DNA from: Chiloscyllium plagiosum
Lineage: Eukaryota
Direction of reading: 5' to 3'
DNA length: 22,456 nt
Assembly: GCF_004010195.1 (NCBI RefSeq)
Contig: NC_057758.1
Location: 1,170,983 to 1,193,438 of the forward strand
The notes below the pieces were generated by a model. The model did no database searches, was not told the origin of the DNA, and worked only from the letters and a program-made list of their open reading frames with translations. The position numbers were made by a program, and so were the translations under genes. Positions 18,724-22,456 of this stretch are shown here, piece after piece. Each line of letters starts with the position of its first letter. The first letter of the stretch is position 1.

Positions 18724-19223
18724 NNNNNNNNNNNNNNNNNNNNNNNNNNNNNNNNNNNNNNNNNNNNNNNNNNNNNNNNNNNNNNNNNNNNNNNNNNNNN
18801 NNNNNNNNNNNNNNNNNNNNNNNNNNNNNNNNNNNNNNNNNNNNNNNNNNNNNNNNNNNNNNNNNNNNNNNNNNNNNNNNNNNNNNNNNNNNNNNNNNNN
18901 NNNNNNNNNNNNNNNNNNNNNNNNNNNNNNNNNNNNNNNNNNNNNNNNNNNNNNNNNNNNNNNNNNNNNNNNNNNNNNNNNNNNNNNNNNNNNNNNNNNN
19001 NNNNNNNNNNNNNNNNNNNNNNNNNNNNNNNNNNNNNNNNNNNNNNNNNNNNNNNNNNNNNNNNNNNNNNNNNNNNNNNNNNNNNNNNNNNNNNNNNNNN
19101 NNNNNNNNNNNNNNNNNNNNNNNNNNNNNNNNNNNNNNNNNNNNNNNNNNNNNNNNNNNNNNNNNNNNNNNNNNNNNNNNNNNNNNNNNNNNNNNNNNNN
19201 NNNNNNNNNNNNNNNNNNNNNNN
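18724..19223. other. Assembly gap (500 N); true size unknown
   Basis: Run of N; the round number suggests a scaffolding placeholder. Confidence 0.98.
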
Positions 19224-20775
19224 TCCACATCCTTTTGGTAATGTGACGAGCAGAACTGTACGCAGTAGTCCAAATGTGGTCGAATCAAAGTCTAAAACAA
19301 CTGTAATATGACCTGTCAACACTTGTGCTTAATACTCCGACCAATAAAGGAAAGCATTCCGTATGCCCTCTTTACCACGCTACTGAGCCGCGCTGCCACC
19401 TTGGGAGAATAATGGACCAGAACACCCAGATCTCCCTTAACATTAATTTTCCTGAGGACTTTTCATTTTACAGTATAGGTAGCTCTTGAATTGGATTTTG
19501 CAAAGTGCATCAGCTCATCAGCTCACATTTGTCCAGATTGAATTCCACCTGCCATTTCTCTGCCAAACTCTCCAGTTCAACTGCATTCTGATCTATTCTC
19601 TGGAAATCTCCTTCACTATCTGCTACTTCGCCAATCTTATTGTAATCTGCAAACTTGCAAATTCGATAACCTCCACCTTCCTCCAAATCTTTCATGTATA
19701 CCACAAACAGCAGTGGCCCCAGCACGGATCGCAGTGGAAAATCAATAGTCACAGGTCTCCATTTTGAGAATATCCCTTCCACGACTACTCTGTGTCTCCT
19801 GTTACCCAGCCATTCTCTGTCCATTTAGCTAGAACAGCCTGGATCCAGTGCGATTTCACATTATCCTTCAGCCTACTACGGGAAAATTTATCAAATGCAT
19901 CACTGAAGTCCGTGTGTATGACAACTACGTCTCTTCCCTCAATCAACTTTGTCACCTCCTCAAATAATTGTAAGAAATGAGATTCTCCACAAAACCATGT
20001 TTCCTATCACTGAGTATCCCATTTTCTTCCAGATGGGAAGCTATCATTTCCCTCAATAACTTCTCTAGCAGCTTCTCTAACACTGACGTCAGGCTCAAAG
20101 GTCGGCAATTGTCTGCATTATCCCTGTTATCCTTCTTAAACAAGGCCACAACATTAGCAATGGTTCAGTCCTCTGGGACCTCACCCGGTTTCAAGGATAC
20201 TGCAAAGATATATGTTAAAGCCCATTCCAGTTCCTTTCTCGCTTCCCTCAGTAACTTGGGGCAGATCCCGTCCGGACATGGGATTCGTCCAGCTTTATGC
20301 CCTTTAGAATACCCAACGATTCCTTCCTCCTTATATCGCCAAATCCTACAGTAATCAAAGATCTATCTCTAAACTCAACATCCACCATGTCTCTCTCCTC
20401 GGTGAATTTATTTAGAATCTCACCCATTTTCTCTGAATCCGCGCATACATTTCCTCCTTTCTCCTTGAATGGGCCACCCCATTATATAGTTGCTCTCTTG
20501 CTCAGAAAATATGAATACAATGCTTTCGGATTTTCCTTCACCCTGTTTTCTAAGGATATATCATGATCCATTTTCCCACTCTTAATTCCACGTTTCTAAT
20601 TCGTCCTACATTCCCGATATTCTTTCAAATCTTTATTATCTTTAGTGGCCTAGACTTTACATACACATCTTTTTTTCCTCTTAGACAGTTTCCCAATTCC
20701 ACCTGTCATCTATGGTTCCCGAATTTTGTTATTTTTATTCCTCATTTTCACAGGAACATATCTCTCCTGAACATT
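19224..20775 (-). mobile_element. CR1-type LINE ORF2 (RT region), degenerate
   Basis: Minus-strand peptides ALFKKDNRDNADNCRPLSLTSVLEKLLEKLLRE...ILSDRKHGFV; WLGNRRHRVVVEG...SVLGPLLFVVYMKDL...ICKFADYNKIG; IRPHLDYCVQFCSSHYQKDV; many disablements. Confidence 0.92.
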
Positions 20776-21871
20776 AATGTTTAACGAGTTAAGTTGTTTA
20801 ATGTGCACTTTTAGAGTTAGAGAATACATTGATTTTTTTCTTGAAATACTGATAGTTGGGAGTTCTCTGCCACTCATACTCTAACAGATCATGAGGCAAG
20901 GTGACCTTTTCTGAGTGTTTGTTTTAATGATCAGAAAGGTTTCACCGACGCGTCATAACATCTCTTATAGTTGAGCCTAATACACAGTATGTCCAGTTTT
21001 ACTTGATGGGAATCTACCTTCCAACTCTGTTCATTTTCACCCTCTTGAGCTTATGCCGAACCTCTCCTCCCTTTGTCCAAATTGAATCCTATGATAAAGT
21101 GTTTCCCATTGACCCGCAATTATCTGCTGCCTCTGCAGGGACCCAATTAGTTCTGTCTATGAATGGGACATCCCCCATCCCCCTCTTCTTCTCTCTCTCC
21201 CTCCCTACCTCACTTACCTCCCCATAAAAACAGTTGCAGCATTTGCCATCATCAATATTGTTATCTTTCCTGAATACTTTTCGAACACGTATATATCACA
21301 CCCTGTTCTTCCCTCCCACATTGCACCCACATTGGTGCACCCACATCATTACCTTCATTTGGGGTGGGGTGGGGTGGATAATAAAGCCTGCTTCTATTTC
21401 TCGTCAATCCTATTTATCGCCTACTTTCTGATCACATGCAGGTGCAAAATGTTTAATTTTTATGTCAGCCCCTTTTCGTACACTTGACTCTGAACTGACT
21501 AATACACCACAGATGCCGGTGCATCGACATCCGCCCTTAGAAATAATTGGTGCACATTGGTGGTTTTTGTTTCGTCCGGGGTCCCATGCTCCTGACTAGG
21601 TTGTTCAAAACTTGTTCTGTGTTGGAACCCGTCAGCCGCCCAGCAATCTGTTCCTACCTCTTTCGAGTTGGATCCACTGGGGACTGTGCAGGTCAGTCTC
21701 CTCAGAGGTGCTACTGTCCTTTCACTCTGAAGCTCTCCATTTTGCTGCACTCTTCTGGCATAGGTCACTTTTTGTCACACTTTAGTCCTTAGTATGTGAA
21801 CCACAATACTCACATCGATCCTCTCTGTCACCTTCGGAAAGATCTGTAACAGCTTCATCATTATCAAACAT

Positions 21872-22456
21872 TATGTAGACAGGCCAATAAGAGGTGAGGC
21901 CATACTGGATTTGGTTCTGTGTAACGAACCAGGCCAGGTGTTAGAATTGGAGGTAGGTGAGCACTTTGGGGAGAGTGAACACAATTCGGTGACTTTTACT
22001 CTAGTGATGGAGAGGGATAAGTGTGCACTGCAGGGCTAGACAGGTCAATAAGAGGTGAGGCCATACTGGATTTGGTTCTGTGTAACGAACCAGGCCAGGT
22101 GTTAGAATTGGAGGTAGGTGAGCACTTTGGGGAGAGTGAACACAATTCGGTGACTTTTACTCTAGTGATGGAGAGGGATAAGTGTGCACTGCAGGGCAAG
22201 AGTTATAGCTGGGGGCAGGGAAATTATGATGCGGTGAGGCACGACTTAGGATGCGTGGCTTGGAAAAGTAGGCTTCAAGGGAAGGGCGCAATTGATATGT
22301 GGAGCTTGTTCAAGGAGCAACTATTGAGTGTCCTTGATAAGTATGTACCCGTCAGGCAGGGAGGAAAGGGTCGTGTGAGGGAGCCGTGGTTTAATAAGGA
22401 ATTGGAATCACTTGTTAAAGGGAAGAGGGCGGCCTATGTAAAGATGAAGCGTGAAG
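21872..22456 (+). mobile_element. Young CR1-type LINE ORF2 (end of APE endonuclease and linker), 5'-truncated, runs off the window; contains a 161-bp tandem duplication
   Basis: YVDRPIRGEAILDLVLCNEPGQVLELEVGEHFGESEHNSVTF (LD and SDH-type APE motifs), then an open frame KSYSWGQGNYDAVRHDL...MWSLFKEQLLSVLDKYVP...EPWFNKEL to the window end. Confidence 0.9.

Noticed and set aside
18354..19322. ORFs of 175-295 aa
   Set aside because: Artefacts of translating through the 500-N gap.
21499..21792. Short ORFs (89 and 81 aa) in non-repetitive-looking DNA
   Set aside because: No recognisable domain, splice structure or codon signal; cannot be supported without a search.

Overview
Eukaryotic, repeat-dense genomic DNA, most likely from a cartilaginous fish (shark). 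This is inferred from HE1-type SINE, CR1/HER1-type LINE, Rex1/Babar and Penelope repeats and a GPR139-like GPCR relic. No intact host protein-coding gene is supported. The window contains: (i) a decayed ~31-bp satellite (~1020-1685, ~12740-14494, ~15581-18723) that generates most of the spurious ORFs; (ii) a triple nest of retroposons (CR1 tail > tRNA-derived SINE > Rex1/Babar LINE) at 1686-4203; (iii) a two-exon GPR139/142-like GPCR pseudogene on the minus strand, split by a CR1 insertion; (iv) a near-full-length but frameshifted Penelope-like element (RT + GIY-YIG) with a hammerhead-ribozyme motif overlapping its stop codon; (v) several short non-coding elements with hammerhead-like cores, including a tandem pair and a target-site-duplicated palindrome; (vi) further CR1/L2-group LINE fragments, a probable solo LTR and a 500-N gap. 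The most interesting system is the Penelope/hammerhead set: an autonomous-type element plus candidate non-autonomous 'retrozyme-like' elements. The association itself is known; these families and arrangements may not be described. Family assignments are from motif recognition only; no database search was run.
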